The notes under the pieces were generated by a model. It did not search any database. It was not told where the DNA came from and was given only the letters and a program-made list of their open reading frames with translations. The position numbers were made by a program, and so were the translations under genes. From Takakia lepidozioides (Eukaryota; Plantae; Bryophyta), in assembly GCA_030704615.1 (NCBI GenBank), contig CM060731.1, positions 35,030,001-35,094,000 on the forward strand: 64,000 bases of DNA, written 5' to 3'. Of the stretch, positions 1 through 12,936 are shown in pieces (position 1 is the stretch's first letter; each line of letters opens with the position of its first letter).

Positions 1-924
1 TACCCCATAAATATCGCACATAAAGAGTTCGAAATACAGAGTGTGGATGGATGGAAAATCGGGATGGATGACAAAACTGGTATGGAGACAGTACACAGTA
101 CATACCTGCACTCACGTACCGAAGGATTCCAACAGCGCGTGCGAAGAAAACTGGGCGTGCCGGAAGGAGACGCTGGCACGTCGGACGGCGGTCATGGGGC
201 CCGCCGGCGGGGGACAAGTGTGTGACCGTGGGGCCGCTATTTATCTCGTGTGTGTGACGCCCTGCGGACATTCATTATGGGATATTTCATTGGACTCGTT
301 TGCGAGCATTATTACAGGCCCACATTGCGAGCATTATTGCGCGTTGCTTTCGAGGGACTACCTAGTCGCTCTCACTAACCACATTATTATTTATTCATCT
401 GGCCGAGCAACTGGAAACAAAGGCGACTCCTCCGCAAGGAAGCGTAAATAATTATAGTGCGGAAGGATTACTAACTTTCGTTGGAAGGTGGGCATTTCGA
501 ACCCTAGATCACCAAGGTTATGCAGCACAGGCAAACACCCTACCTGCGCAAGTGAAATTCCCTTTACAAAAATAAAAATAAAAATGTTCTATCCTTTTTC
601 TTCCTCAAAGCAAACTGGATGTGCGGAAGCCGGGGATGCGGCAAGCAAACGGACAAATAAGATGCACCCGCGCAAAGGGTGTAAAAAGTCCACCATCCCT
701 TGAATCTTCCCACCCAGTGAGGTAGCTGTAAGTAAATTGACACGGAGTCGCACCATACACGGCTCGTCGCACTCTCCGCGAATTCGAGCAGAAACTTCAG
801 TTCAGAAACTTTCCTGGCGGTGGTCTGTATCCCCGCCGCCCCTCCGGGCTTTTGTTCGTATGATTTTTCCTTCAGTTACTGTTAGTGCAGAATATTTTCG
901 CAATAAGAAGAGGTTGCGGTACCG

Positions 925-1020
925 TGGGCGAGGTTACTGTGAAAGAGGTTATTTTCTCCTCTCACTATCAAGGGGCCTGATTTGTGAGCTGTAGCCTGTC
1001 GCTCTTAGGTATTTCCCTAA
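925..1020 (+). mobile_element. SINE family A, 5'-truncated copy
   Basis: GGCGAGGTTACTGTGAAAGAGGTTATTTTCTCCTCTCAC...GGTATTTCCCTA closely matches 18035-18124. Confidence 0.75.
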
Positions 1021-4000
1021 AGTTTAAATGAAATAAATTGTTTTTAAAAGAAAAAAGGAGAGGAAAAGAGAACACTTGAGTAAAATGATCGGAGTCTGCC
1101 ATCCCATCTTAAGTGGCCATTTACTAGGGCAAATAATTGCATCTGCACAAATTAGAGCAATAATAAAACATCGGAAATATTCTGGCCGATCGTCAGGATG
1201 CTGTCGGTGGCTTTGGCAGAGCGTACCATGTGATACCTCATCATCACATTTTCCTGACCGTTGATCTTTCTTCATCTCATGGTTTGTGAGGTTATCCCTA
1301 TTACACCGTAGATCTTTTTTGATCTCACGGCCATTGTAAGGCAGTCATTTTGTACCGCAGGTACCCTCATCCATCGAGTGCTGTTCATCCATTGTGCCAA
1401 CTAACGGCGCTAACTAACTAACCCAGTACTGGCACTTTAAAAACTAGATTATTTTATTTTTGCAGATTGAGATTAATAAAAAACTCAGGCCTTCCAAAAA
1501 GAAGAAGAAAATAATAAATAATAAATAAATAGATATAAAGATTGGTAGTAATAGTGAACTAATGATATGTGGGCTGGAAATAGATATAGGCCTAGTTGAT
1601 ATGGGGGATGCTTCATCTTCTTTTTGCTACTACTTTTTATTCTCTGATGCTTTGAATCTTTCTTTTTTTGGGGGTTTCTTTTTATGCTCTCTAGTTCACA
1701 TTCCCTTTAAGAATAAAAAAAATAAAAAAATAAAGAAACAAGTTCACACTTATTAGATATATATTTCGATATTGGGCCTCCCCACCCTTCCGTGCTTGAA
1801 CCCAAGACACCATGACAAGTGTAGCGGGGACTTGGTTATCACTGAGTTGAGTTGTGTACACGTGTAAAGTCCAGACTGTCGTTGTTTGTTTTATTGTTAT
1901 TTACTTCTTTTTGTTATTTTTGTTATTCTGTTGTTGTAAGAGATCAAGAACACAAGGGCAGAATCAAGATGGTGCTACACAAGTATACAGGTAGGAAGGT
2001 ACCTTCCTCCCGGGTACTCGGTAGGTAGGTACGCCTTTGGTCCCTGTAACTGACCTGTCATGCCATCATGCATCCCATCCCCATCAGAATGCATGGCCAT
2101 GGCCATGGATGGGTGGGTGGCTCTAGGAAGGCGGGCCGCGGGTCTAGGGTTTAAGAGCTTAACCGTGGTCAGGAAAATCACCGACCGCGGGTTAGTGGCC
2201 GAGCGCGTATTTTTGTTCACACGTGGAACAACTCCAGATCCTCAAACTGACTCGTCAGATCCGTTCCAGATCCCTAAATTTGGATGGATGTACATTGAAA
2301 CGGATGGATGAGAAAAGTAGATAGCAAGACCGGCCATTCAGCTTATTTGCTTATTGTATCCCCAGTTTCTAATAGGTAACCTGCTGGATGTTCGACAATA
2401 GCAGGGGTACTAATACTGTGCTTTGTTTGGCCGTTACGAATAAATCCAGTGATAACCACGTCCATTCTTGGGGCCGCTTCTGGTCCTAATAATAATACAT
2501 TCATTAAAAATGCCTTGAAGACATCCACCACAGTGACAATTTACAGGGCCTCCGCCCCCTTTCAGTTTTTCTTCTTAAGAAACGCTTGGCATGTGCCCAT
2601 GCCGGATACCTGGGATTTTGGCCTCCCGCCGGGTGATATGGGTACCATAACCTGGATGGGAAGCTACAGTACTTTTGGCAAAATCAAATAACCGCCCAAC
2701 ACTGGTCCTGTCCCACCCCAAATGCTGTTCCCATAGTGTCGGCATGTTATCGGGGTCGGTCGGTACACATTTGCAGTGCGAGCAACAATTCGACTCCGCA
2801 CATGTTACCAACGGGCAAGAAAATTCCAAGGACCGGATTCTGGAAAGCAAGAAACCGCAGTTGCGGATCGGACATTCATCCATTAACTCAGTTGAGAACA
2901 TTACTTTAAATAAGTAAATAAAAACAAAAACCGGAGAGTCTGGGACCTGGGTCTTCCCTCCTTGGCATCTGGAACTACATTTGGGCCCTCACAGAGTTAA
3001 TAGGGGATTAAAGTGTGTATAGCGCTAAGGATAAATGTTTCATTTTCATACATGACGACTAGGAGACTAGGAGTCAGCCTCAGATTCAAATTTAGAATAT
3101 GGCAAAAGTATGTTAATAATAATGATAATAGTGGCGAAACCCTCTTTTCTCCATAGAGCAAGATCCAAAGTATTACCTCGAATATGGCGAGAGGGATAAT
3201 GGCGAAACCCAAAGGCCTAGTTCAGCGGACATTCTTGAATGGAATGCTGAGTTGAGAGCCGCGTGGCGGGCGGAGGATGGGTGGAGCGAGGCATAGATGG
3301 GTATGGATGGCTATTAAAGGCATGGCATTGCATGGCACATGGAGCATTCAAGGAGCAGAGGAGGCAGAGAGCTCGGCCCACGCTCGCACGCTGCGACTTG
3401 CCTCTGAATTTCTTTCGGGGCCGTGGGGCTCTTGCCTGGCGTGGCGGGCATCACAGCTTCTTGAAGCTCGATCTTGCTGCACTCCACGATTTCTTTCTGA
3501 CCACGAGGTCTGGGAACTGTTATCGTCCTGGGGTTTTTGGAGATGGTGGCGCACAGCGGGGGGAGGGGAAGGTTCTGAGGTTTTTCGGGTTTGTCGAGGC
3601 CGATCCGCTGGTTTTTTTTTTTTTTTTGTTGCGCTGGGATTTTGATTAGGGGATGGATGGTTAGAGAGCTGGTAGTTGTTCTGCTGTTTGCTCTGCTTCG
3701 AGGGGATTTGTTCAAGAACCTCTCGGGTTTTGGTAGGTGGAGGCAGAACGTTGATTCTGGGAAAGATTGCAATGCTCCGGCATCCTGTGCAGGCTTGGGG
3801 GCTCGTTTTCTGCTTGCAGAAACATTAGCAGAGGGCAGGGGGAGGGATTGAAGCAGGGGTAGTAGGTGTGCGTTTGAACGAGGGGCGAGGGGGATATTGG
3901 CTACTACCTACATTGCGAATGCGGGCGTGGTGCAGCAGCTCCGTCGATTGGAAGGAGATGGGGCGGTCGCTGCGACGGGTGTAGATCACGTAGTTGGCAA

Positions 4001-4253
4001 TCGTGAGAGCGTGCTTGGGTTTATGGATGCAAATAGATAGGTGCGCACTGGCGGATGTAGTGCCCGTCGCGCGTTCTCAATGGCAGTGGGTCAATCGTGT
4101 ATTCTTTTGAAGCGGAGGACCCTCTTTAAATGTTTGCCATGCTCCTGAAGGCTTCAAGCAGCATAGCTTGTCTTCTTGTGCCCAGTTTCAAGATACGGGT
4201 GTATAGATAGATAGTCTTTTGTTGCCTTCTTTGGGCACTCTCAGGCGCTCAAG

Positions 4254-7200
4254 ATGCCTCCAAGTTTCGATTTTGCGGACTGGTGGGCCAAGGAGTCACA
4301 CAGGGGCACCCCGGTGGTCGTGAAGATGGAGAATCCCAACTATTCAATGGTGGAGCTTGAAAGCCCCAGGACCGGGTTTCCAGGTGAGAAAGATAAAGGA
4401 AAGAATGCCAAGCAACTAACCTGGGTATTGTTGCTGAGAGCACACCGAGCAGCAGGATGTGTCGCGTGGCTTGCTGTAGGCTTGTGGACTGTGCTTGCTG
4501 CGATTAAAAAGCGCCTCATACTTCGGCAAGGTGTGGTGCCCAGCCCGGAGAAGCCGCTCAAAGGCAAGCTATTCAAGGCAATCACGGCCTTCTTGGTCTT
4601 CGCGGTCGTCATGTTATGTGTGGAAGTGGCAGCTCACATGCTGGGATGGCACTTTACTCGCCCACACTGGCCACATTCATTTTCAATTCAGAGTTTGCCA
4701 CACGCAATATATCTGGGGTGGATGTACGTGCGAGCCACCTACATTGCCCCGGTTCTGCAATTTATCACGAATATCTGCATCTACATGTTTCTTATTCAAT
4801 CAGCTGATCGAATTTTCCTGTGCCTTGGCTGTATATGGATCAAATTTAGAAAGATTAAGCCCATTCCCAAGAATCCGTCCCTGGAGTCCGATGATGTGGA
4901 GCAGCCGGATAAGGGTTATCCTATGGTTCTTGTGCAGATTCCTATGTGCAATGAACGTGAGGTAGGTCGATGACACTGCTTTTTCCCTTTATGACGGTCT
5001 TCTTGATGTGGTTGCAAAACATACTCCCTCAAAGTTTATCTGAGAATGGCGAGGGTTGTCTGAGACCTTCTCGGGCCATTGCCGGTCTGGTGTATAAGAG
5101 CAGGCTGTTCAGGAAGACATACACATTTAACAGTCAAGTAGTGGGAGGATGATGGTCCTCTGAGCCTGAGAGAGTCATCTGTGTGATTGCTTGTGACATG
5201 TCTCACCTCCAGTACTCTGTGCAAGGGGAATGGAGGTTATCTTGGATGCTGTTTCCAGTCCTTTGTTTCTGGGGTCATGTGTCTAGACTGTGTATAAGAT
5301 GTGCATATAAGTTCCGTGTCATCATATTTGTACTGGTCTGTGTGGCAAACTCTATAATCATAGTGAAGATCCTAATTCTTGGTGTAAAAAGTGGATCAAT
5401 AGACACTCTACCTATGGCTATTCTGCTTGAGGGGAGCAGATTAATGCTTGTTAACATATTAGCAAGTAATTGAGGCTTGCATTTGTGAAGGAAGGACTTG
5501 GTCTAGCTGTTCTCTTGCTCTTACCACAAGCTGTAGCGGATCTTGGTAAGTTGCTCTGGATATGAGAGATCTGGATCGTGTTGTGTAGGTCTATGAGCAA
5601 TCCATCTCAGCTGTGTGCCAAATTGATTGGCCAAGGCATCGAATGCTGGTGCAAGTGCTGGATGATTCAGATGATGTTGACACCCAAACATTGATCAAGG
5701 CAGAGGTGAACAAATGGCACCTAAAGGGTATCAATATTGTGTACAGACACCGTGTGATCCGCACAGGATATAAAGCAGGCAACCTCAAGTCGGCCATGAA
5801 TTGTGACTATGTTAAGGACTATGAGTTTGTCACCATCTTTGATGCAGACTTCCAGCCCAAATCTGATTTTCTGAAACGCACAATGCCCCACTTCAGGGTA
5901 TTCCCACAACCCTATCAGCTGTTTGGATTGGTAGACTGGAGGATTCTGAAGTCCGGTGGTGGTGCTTATGCCCATGGACATTGGCCCTTCGGTAGCTCCT
6001 GCACATGCATATAGCAGCTGAATACATAGGGCTTGTTGTGTGCTTTAATCTTGTACATCTATATGGCTGGTTTCAGAAGCCCTGAAGGTTGTCCAGTCCA
6101 CGTCATGTAGCTTGGTGTGGACTCTGGGTCTGCTTCTGGTCTTCAGGCTTTAAGGCTGGCAAGAGGAGATTTATGAGTTGTGAACTTTCTATGTGAAGCA
6201 CTGATTCCTATATTCTATGGAGTAGAGGGCAGCAGAGTTTAAACGTGAAGTAGACCTTCAGTCAGCATTGATATGACGCGATACCAAAGTGTAAGTATTT
6301 CTTTGCTTATTTGGCCCGGTGGTGTTGGGACAGGACAACCCAGAGCTCGGGCTGGTCCAGGCGCGATGGTCCTTTGTGAACAAGGATGAGAATTTACTTA
6401 CTCGCCTTCAAAATATAAATCTGTCCTTTCATTTTGAGGTGGAACAGCAGGTGAATGGCGTGTTCATTAACTTTTTTGGGTTCAATGGCACTGCGGGTGT
6501 CTGGCGTATCAAAGCACTTGAGGACAGTGGTGGTTGGTTGGAACGCACCACTGTGGAAGATATGGACGTTGCCGTCCGCGCACATCTGCATGGCTGGAAG
6601 TTCATCTTTCTCAATGATGTCCGGGTCAGTTCTCCAGCCCTATGTTGTAGTGGAGGTTAACATGAGTATCAACCGCCCCTTCACTTGTTCATGAGAGATG
6701 GCCTTCTGCTGAATTTAGGTCATATATGCGTTTGTCGTAAGTCGTGGTTTTGCCCATTTTTGCTGTCCAATTGGCACTCGGAAGAGTGTGACTAGTCTAA
6801 ACAAACTCAAGATCTACTTGTCTTGCCTGGTTATTCTCCATATGAGCACACCAGTTTGGGGTTTCAGATGTTTGTGGTTGTGACAAGAGTTGCATGGTGC
6901 AGTGTTTATGCGAATTGCCAGAATCATACGAGGCATACCGGAAACAGCAGCATCGCTGGCATTCGGGCCCAATGCAGCTTTTCCGTCTTTGTCTTCCAGA
7001 CATTGTTAGAGCCAAGGTTAGTACATGTTTCTGTACAGTTCCTTAGGTGCTGTAACTGTGTTTTGAGATGAGGCACTTCCGTCAGAGGTAAAGAACTTGA
7101 GCATTTGGAGCAACCGACATTATTGATGGTGGGAAGGGGTGCGAAATAGGCTAACTATGAGCTGAGTGCTGAAATCAGAAAGGAGGGTAGTTGTGTGGCC

Positions 7201-7936
7201 TGTAATTTGTGCAGTTTTCTCAGGCAAACAAAGAGAACTATGCAACAACTGACATGATGAGCTTGTGAACTATGCTGTGCAGATTTCGATCGGGAAAAAA
7301 GCAAACATTATCTTCCTCTTTTTCTTGCTGAGAAAGCTTATCCTTCCATTCTATTCATTCATGCTCTTTTGCATCATTCTGCCAATGACCATGTTTGTGC
7401 CGGAAGCAAGCCTCCCAGTGTGGGTGGTGTGCTACATCCCAGCTCTCATGTCCTTCTTGAATGTTTTACCTGCCCCGAAATCCTTCCCCTTCCTTGTACC
7501 CTACTTGCTCTTTGAGAATACCATGTCTGTCACAAAGTTCCAGGCTATGATATCAGGCCTGTTTCAACTCAGCAGTTCACATGAATGGGTCGTCACCAAG
7601 AAGCTGGGCCGTGCATCAGAAGCAGATCTTTTGGCATGTGTTCAGGATGCAAAGCCCCAGAGTGCTGCACAGCTGTCCAAACATAGCCGTGTTGCCTCCG
7701 ATTCAGGCCTAGATGTGTTGAGGAAAGAGCAGCTGCAGTTGCCTGTATCAGCACCAGCACCAAAGAAGAAAGTGAACCGCTTGTATCGGAAGGAGCTATC
7801 ACTCTCATTTTTGCTGCTGACGGCATCAGCCAGGAGTTTACTGTCAGCACAGGGTGTGCACTTCTACTTTCTGCTTTTCCAAGGCATCTCATTTTTGGTG
7901 GTAGGTCTCGATCTCATTGGGGAGCAAGTGAGCTGA
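4254..7936 (+). CDS. CSLC: Cellulose synthase-like C (xyloglucan beta-1,4-glucan synthase, GT2), 5 exons, ~691 aa
   Basis: Exons 4254-4961, 5589-5897, 6334-6624, 6903-7016 and 7283-7936 are all GT-AG and sum to 2076 nt in frame. Motifs: [50 protein letters not shown], and the CSLC C-terminus [23 protein letters not shown]. Confidence 0.97.
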
Positions 7937-9714
7937 TGTGATAAATACATTCAGAGGAGTCTCTCCATTCTGGTGTGCCTGCCCCAAATCATGGGTTACT
8001 ATCCTCTCAACTACTCAACCTTAGATTTGGCTCAGTCACACAGGAATCAACCTCAATGTGCATTCAATGGCCCGCGATGCAAGTACCGCACAGGTGCCGG
8101 TGGTGCCCAGAGTGTTCCAAGATCGGCCTGTTGTTGAATATACTGGGATGCTTCAGATTTTGGGTGGTTTTCAGTAAAAATCATTGACCTTGAGGTGAGA
8201 AGCATGCCTCGAGCTGGAGTTGAATAGAGATGCCAACCAACTGTGCCTTCTCATGTGAGCGCCGTACTTTGCAGGGGTGGTAGCCTTCTGCCAGAGGCCT
8301 TCATGCTTTAGTAAGAGCTGGGCTCCTCTTTCTAACCTCTTCAGGTAAAGTCAGCGCAAGGTTCGAAATTGTTGGTACCATAAAAGACCGCACATGTCTT
8401 TCAGTTAGGGTTTGCCAGCTAGTGAAAAGGCTGCTATGTGCCCTTCTATTAGTTGTGTTAAATTGCAGGTTATTCTTTTGGGCCAATACCATTATTTCAG
8501 ATGCCTCCAATTCAGAGCGCTAGTAGGAATGCAACTTGTACTAAAATTGCGCCTCAGGATGTGAATAAAAGGTTGGTTCTTGGTGCGTGATGAGGAACTG
8601 GGCGTGTTGGCCTACCATGACCATAACGGAAGGATGCTCATCTCTGTGTCGTGGATCTCAGTCTGTTTCTGATTTCTGATGTCTCAATAAAAATCAGCTT
8701 TTCTTCCTGTCTCAGTTTGCTTCAGAGAGGCTATACTACCAGCTAAAGTGAAGCCCGATTGTGAGAGACAGGATGTGAGGGTGGCAGGCTAACCTTGCCC
8801 CCCCCCCGGGCCTCAGCTTTTATCACATGGCGTTGAAAGACACTGGAGTTTGTAGTGGCAAATAGCTGACAGTTGTAGAACTGGTTTTGCTATGCAGGCA
8901 AAACAACCATACTGTAACAAGCTTAAATGAGCATTTGTTTCTTCTGCTTGAACTATCAGCACCTGGACATTTCCACCCAGTGTGGAAAGCAGATGACCAT
9001 TAATTTCGTTTCACTTCCAATAAACAATGGTCTATTCCGCAGCATGCTTTGATAAAGCTTGGTTTAGTGTGGTGTGAAAAGCCAATGGCCCTTTCCAATA
9101 TCTCATGTTTCATTGGAAAAAACATTATATCCTCAAACCATTCTTCAACTAAATGGCCACATTAGTGGGAACTGAGACATCATTTAATGAGGCATGTCCT
9201 GGTTTTCTCTTACCCACACCATCAGACCAAACCATATTTCAGTATACCATCCGCTTAAAGGAAGTGAGACAAATTTATTTGTACAGAAAACAAGCTTTTG
9301 GCATTCCAATGCCTTGACTTTTGACCACTACATCAGAGCTCAATATACCAAGGTCACCATGCTCCATTAGTGGGTAGTTGCTTAATGGAAGTGAGGCAAA
9401 GTTTATTGGAACAAGAAGCTTCTTTCATTCCCTCCTTTTCTCTAAGAGGACATGGCCTCCAAAGTAACGCCATTTTGGAACAACCGGGCAGTCCAAAATC
9501 CAAATATAAGTAAGTAATTCAACCTCACCTTCTCCTCCTCCTCACGCTTGCCCAGGTTACCTGCTATGTGGTAGTGCGTGTAGGGTTTAGGGCTTAGACT
9601 AGTAGATAGTCAGTGAAGAAAGCTGAACAAGAGTCGTTTTTTTGCCTCTCAAGTTATTAGACTTTATAATTGGTGATGACGAATGCTTGGGAGTCATCTT
9701 TTCTCCTACACTTG

Positions 9715-11515
9715 GTGGTCTTATTGTCACGATTCAGCATATTGTCAAGATCAGACTTTTGTTTCTTCACTTACCAAATTGTTATGGATATGAAATTTTT
9801 GCGGGTAGCCTTGAGAAATCAGCAACATTGGCTGGAGAACTGATTAATTTGAATGTTGGTGCCCTGAAATGATATGTTGGATGTGGTGGGTTGGGTTGCT
9901 CTGCATTGTTGTGGTGTGTTGTTCTACGACTTTGAGGGGTTCGTTCACTCGGTATTGTTCTGAGTTTGCTTACTTCCTTAAGAAGATGTATACCACAAGC
10001 CTTTTTCATGTTTAAAGACTATTGCGATGGATGGTCTATACGTCAATCATTGGATTGCCTTTGGTCCCATTAATTGGCAAATAACCAATGACTTGACATA
10101 CAAAGATCCTCCATTAGATCTTGTAGACCATGCCATACTAACATTTGGCCGTAGGACCGGTTCGACACATGTAGCTACATTAGATGTTCGAGATTTCATG
10201 CGAATCTCCATGGAGCGTAGACAATACTTTAGTTGTATTGACCAGAGGGCTCCTATGATATTCATTTTCGATAGTGTGATTCTCGGTGTTTCATCATTCT
10301 TTCAATTGATGATGTTTCAAAACAGCTTGTTATAACAAGCTTAAATGAGCATTTAGGTCCTCCTCTATATCATTTCAGGGCACCAACATTCAAATTAGGC
10401 AGTTCTACAGCCAATGTTATTGATTTCTCAAGGCCATCTAAAAAAATCTCAATTTGGTAGGTGAAGAAATAAAAGTCTGATCTTAACAATATACTAAATC
10501 CTGACAATAAGACCACCAAGTTGGATATGGTGTGTTGAGTTGCTCTGCATTGTTGTGATGTGTTGTTCTACAACATGAGGGGTTCTTTCACTTGATATTG
10601 TTCTGAGTTTGTGTTTGTTGAGATGTCTTACTTCATTGGATTGCTTTTGGTGCCATTGATTGGCAGATAATCAATGACTTGACAAACAAAGATCCGCCAT
10701 TAGATCTTCTACACCATGTCATACTAGCATTTGGCTGTAGGACCGGTGCGACACATGTAGCTACATTAGATGTTCGAGATTTCATATGAATCTCCATGGA
10801 GCGTAGACGATACTTTAATTGTATCGACCAAAGAGGACTCCTATGATATTCATTTTTTATGGTGCGAATTTCGGTGTTTCATCGTTCAGCTTGCTACAAC
10901 AAGCTTAAATGAGCATCTAGGTCCTCCTGCATATCATTTCAGGGCACCAACATTCGAAATTAGACAGTTCTACAGCCAATGTTGCTGATTTCTCAAGGCC
11001 ATCTGAAAAAATTCTCATATCCACAATAATTTGGTAGGTGAAAAAATATAAATCATTGATTATCTGTTAATCAATAGCACCGAAGGCAATCCATGTAGCG
11101 ACCATCCATCACAATAGTCTTGAAATATGAGAAATGCATGTGTTATACCTCTTCTTAAAGGAAGTAAGACGTCTCAACAAACAGAAACTCAGAACAACAC
11201 CACATCCAACTTGGTAGTCTTATTGTTCAGCATTCAATATATTGTCAGGATCAAGGTTGCGGCTTACATTCAAAAGGTGTTGGAAGATGCAAGTGAGCTT
11301 ACGGCTGAAGACGAAACGCTTGGGACGGCGATCAAAACGTACAAAGATCCGCCATTAGATCTTGTAGACCATGTCATACTAGCCTTTGGCCGTAGGACGA
11401 TGCGACACATGTAGCTACATTAGATGTTCGAGATTTCATACGAATCTCCATGGAGCGTAAACGATACTTTAATTGTATCCAGAGGACTATTCATTTTTGA
11501 TAGTATGATTCTCGG
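9715..11515. repeat. Three tandem ~570-620 bp related units with internal inversions
   Basis: The block ACAAAGATCC(T/G)CCATTAGATCTT...GAATCTCCATGGAGCGTA occurs at ~10099, ~10686 and ~11341. The block CATTTCAGGGCACCAACATT is direct at ~10371 and ~10935 but inverted at ~9853. Confidence 0.85.
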
Positions 11516-11529
11516 TCAACACCGATGGA

Positions 11530-11608
11530 CAGGAAAACGGAGCAGTATCTGCACCAACCTAGATGTCCAGGAAAACAGAGCAGTATCTGCACCAACCTAG
11601 ATGTCCAG
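11530..11608. repeat. 38-bp tandem duplication
   Basis: CAGGAAAAC(G/A)GAGCAGTATCTGCACCAACCTAGATGTC occurs twice. Confidence 0.9.
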
Positions 11609-11850
11609 AAACGTAATTGACCTCCAACACAAGACTTGTTCAGTGTGGCAATGATCTGCTAGGTTACCCTTGAACCCATTTGTAATCTGTGTAAAATTTA
11701 AAGATGTTGACTAGTAATCATCTCAAAACAATCGTGATAGCTACTTGTTTAGATAATTTCATGTCCAGATTGCACTCTTACCTTGAAGTACATCTCATAA
11801 GCATGATGCACACTAAGCGCCTAAGTTTCACAGTCTTGAGTGGTTGCGGA

Positions 11851-12453
11851 ATCATCCATCCATTTCTAAATATGTAAGATAATCTATTTTTTCATCTAGG
11901 CATCGTTCAATCCCAAGCGAGCCTAAATAAGATTGAGAACTTAAAATATCATCCCTCCATTTCTAAATATGTAAGATAATCTATTTCTCCTGGCGTCGTT
12001 CAATCCCAAGCGAGAGCATAAATAAGAGTGGGAACTTAAAGTATCATCATCCATTTTTAAATATGTAAGATAATCTATTTTTTCATCTAGGCATGGTTCA
12101 ATCCCAAGCGAGCATAAATGAGATTGAGAACTTAAAATATCATCCATCCATTTCTAAATATATAAGGTAATCTATTTTTCCTGCATCGTTCAATCCCAAG
12201 CTAGAGCATAAATAAGATTGCGAACTTAAAGTATCATCCATCCATTTCTAAATATGTAAAATAATCTATTATGTCATCTAGTTCAATCCCAAGCGAGCAT
12301 AAATAAGAGTGAGAAATTAAAATATCATCCATCCATTTCTAAATATGTAAGATAATCTATTTTTCTTGGCATCGTTCAATCCCAAGCGAGCATAAATGAG
12401 AGTGAAAACTTATAGTGTCATCCATCATCATCTAAATATGTAAAATAATCCAT
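11851..12453. repeat. Tandem minisatellite, ~6.3 copies of a 91-97 bp unit
   Basis: Unit ATCATCCATCCATTTCTAAATATGTAAGATAATCTATTTT...GTTCAATCCCAAGCGAGCATAAAT...GAACTTAAA starts near 11851, 11948, 12043, 12139, 12233, 12324 and 12418. Confidence 0.95.
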
Positions 12454-12936
12454 TTGGTCATAGGCATTACCGTAACTTCGAACCAAAGCCAAGCATGAAT
12501 AAGATGAGCCACTTCCGTTGAGAACTTAGAGTGGACAACGCCAACATATATCACAAACTGGCCTCCTCTCACTACTTGCTCAATGCAATCTTTCAATGTT
12601 GTCAATACCCAGATTCTAGCCTCCTCTTTAGTCCACATACATATTGGCCTGGTCTGCCTATAGAGGTATTTGCACTTAATGATCTCCCTTAGAAGATTAT
12701 AAGTTTGTCACTTTCCCATGGGATACTTATTAGTTTTTGTATTTTTTATTGGCTTTGGTATACTTACTCTGAAGGGGATCCAGTATGCTATCTACTACAT
12801 TCAGTTTATCTATTCTAAATCTGCAGATAGATGAATTCAAAGATTTGAAGCTTCCTTGTAAGAGTCTTGAATTGAGTTTTAGTTGTTGATGAAAAGCACT
12901 ACCGCCTTTTAGGCAGCTCTCAAGTGACCTGCAAAC

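Noticed and set aside
1790-1850. A third SINE head (minus strand), and a similar B-box at ~60135
   Set aside because: Only box-like hexamers, with no second matching copy in the window.
3263-3851. Overlapping 86-152 aa ORFs upstream of CSLC
   Set aside because: GC-rich leader/promoter sequence with mostly non-ATG starts, no recognisable domains, and a poly-T run inside.
4340-7892. Antisense and alternate-frame ORFs over CSLC (likewise over ECA3, LINE and Copia)
   Set aside because: These are shadows of the real coding frames.
9875-9960. ThiF/E1-like Rossmann motif (VGCGGLGCSALL...GVRSLGIV)
   Set aside because: It contains a stop, sits at an inversion breakpoint, and is not preserved in the paralogous unit at ~10520. 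Likely chance.
11851-12453. CRISPR-like array
   Set aside because: The whole unit repeats, with no unique spacers and no cas genes. The context is eukaryotic.
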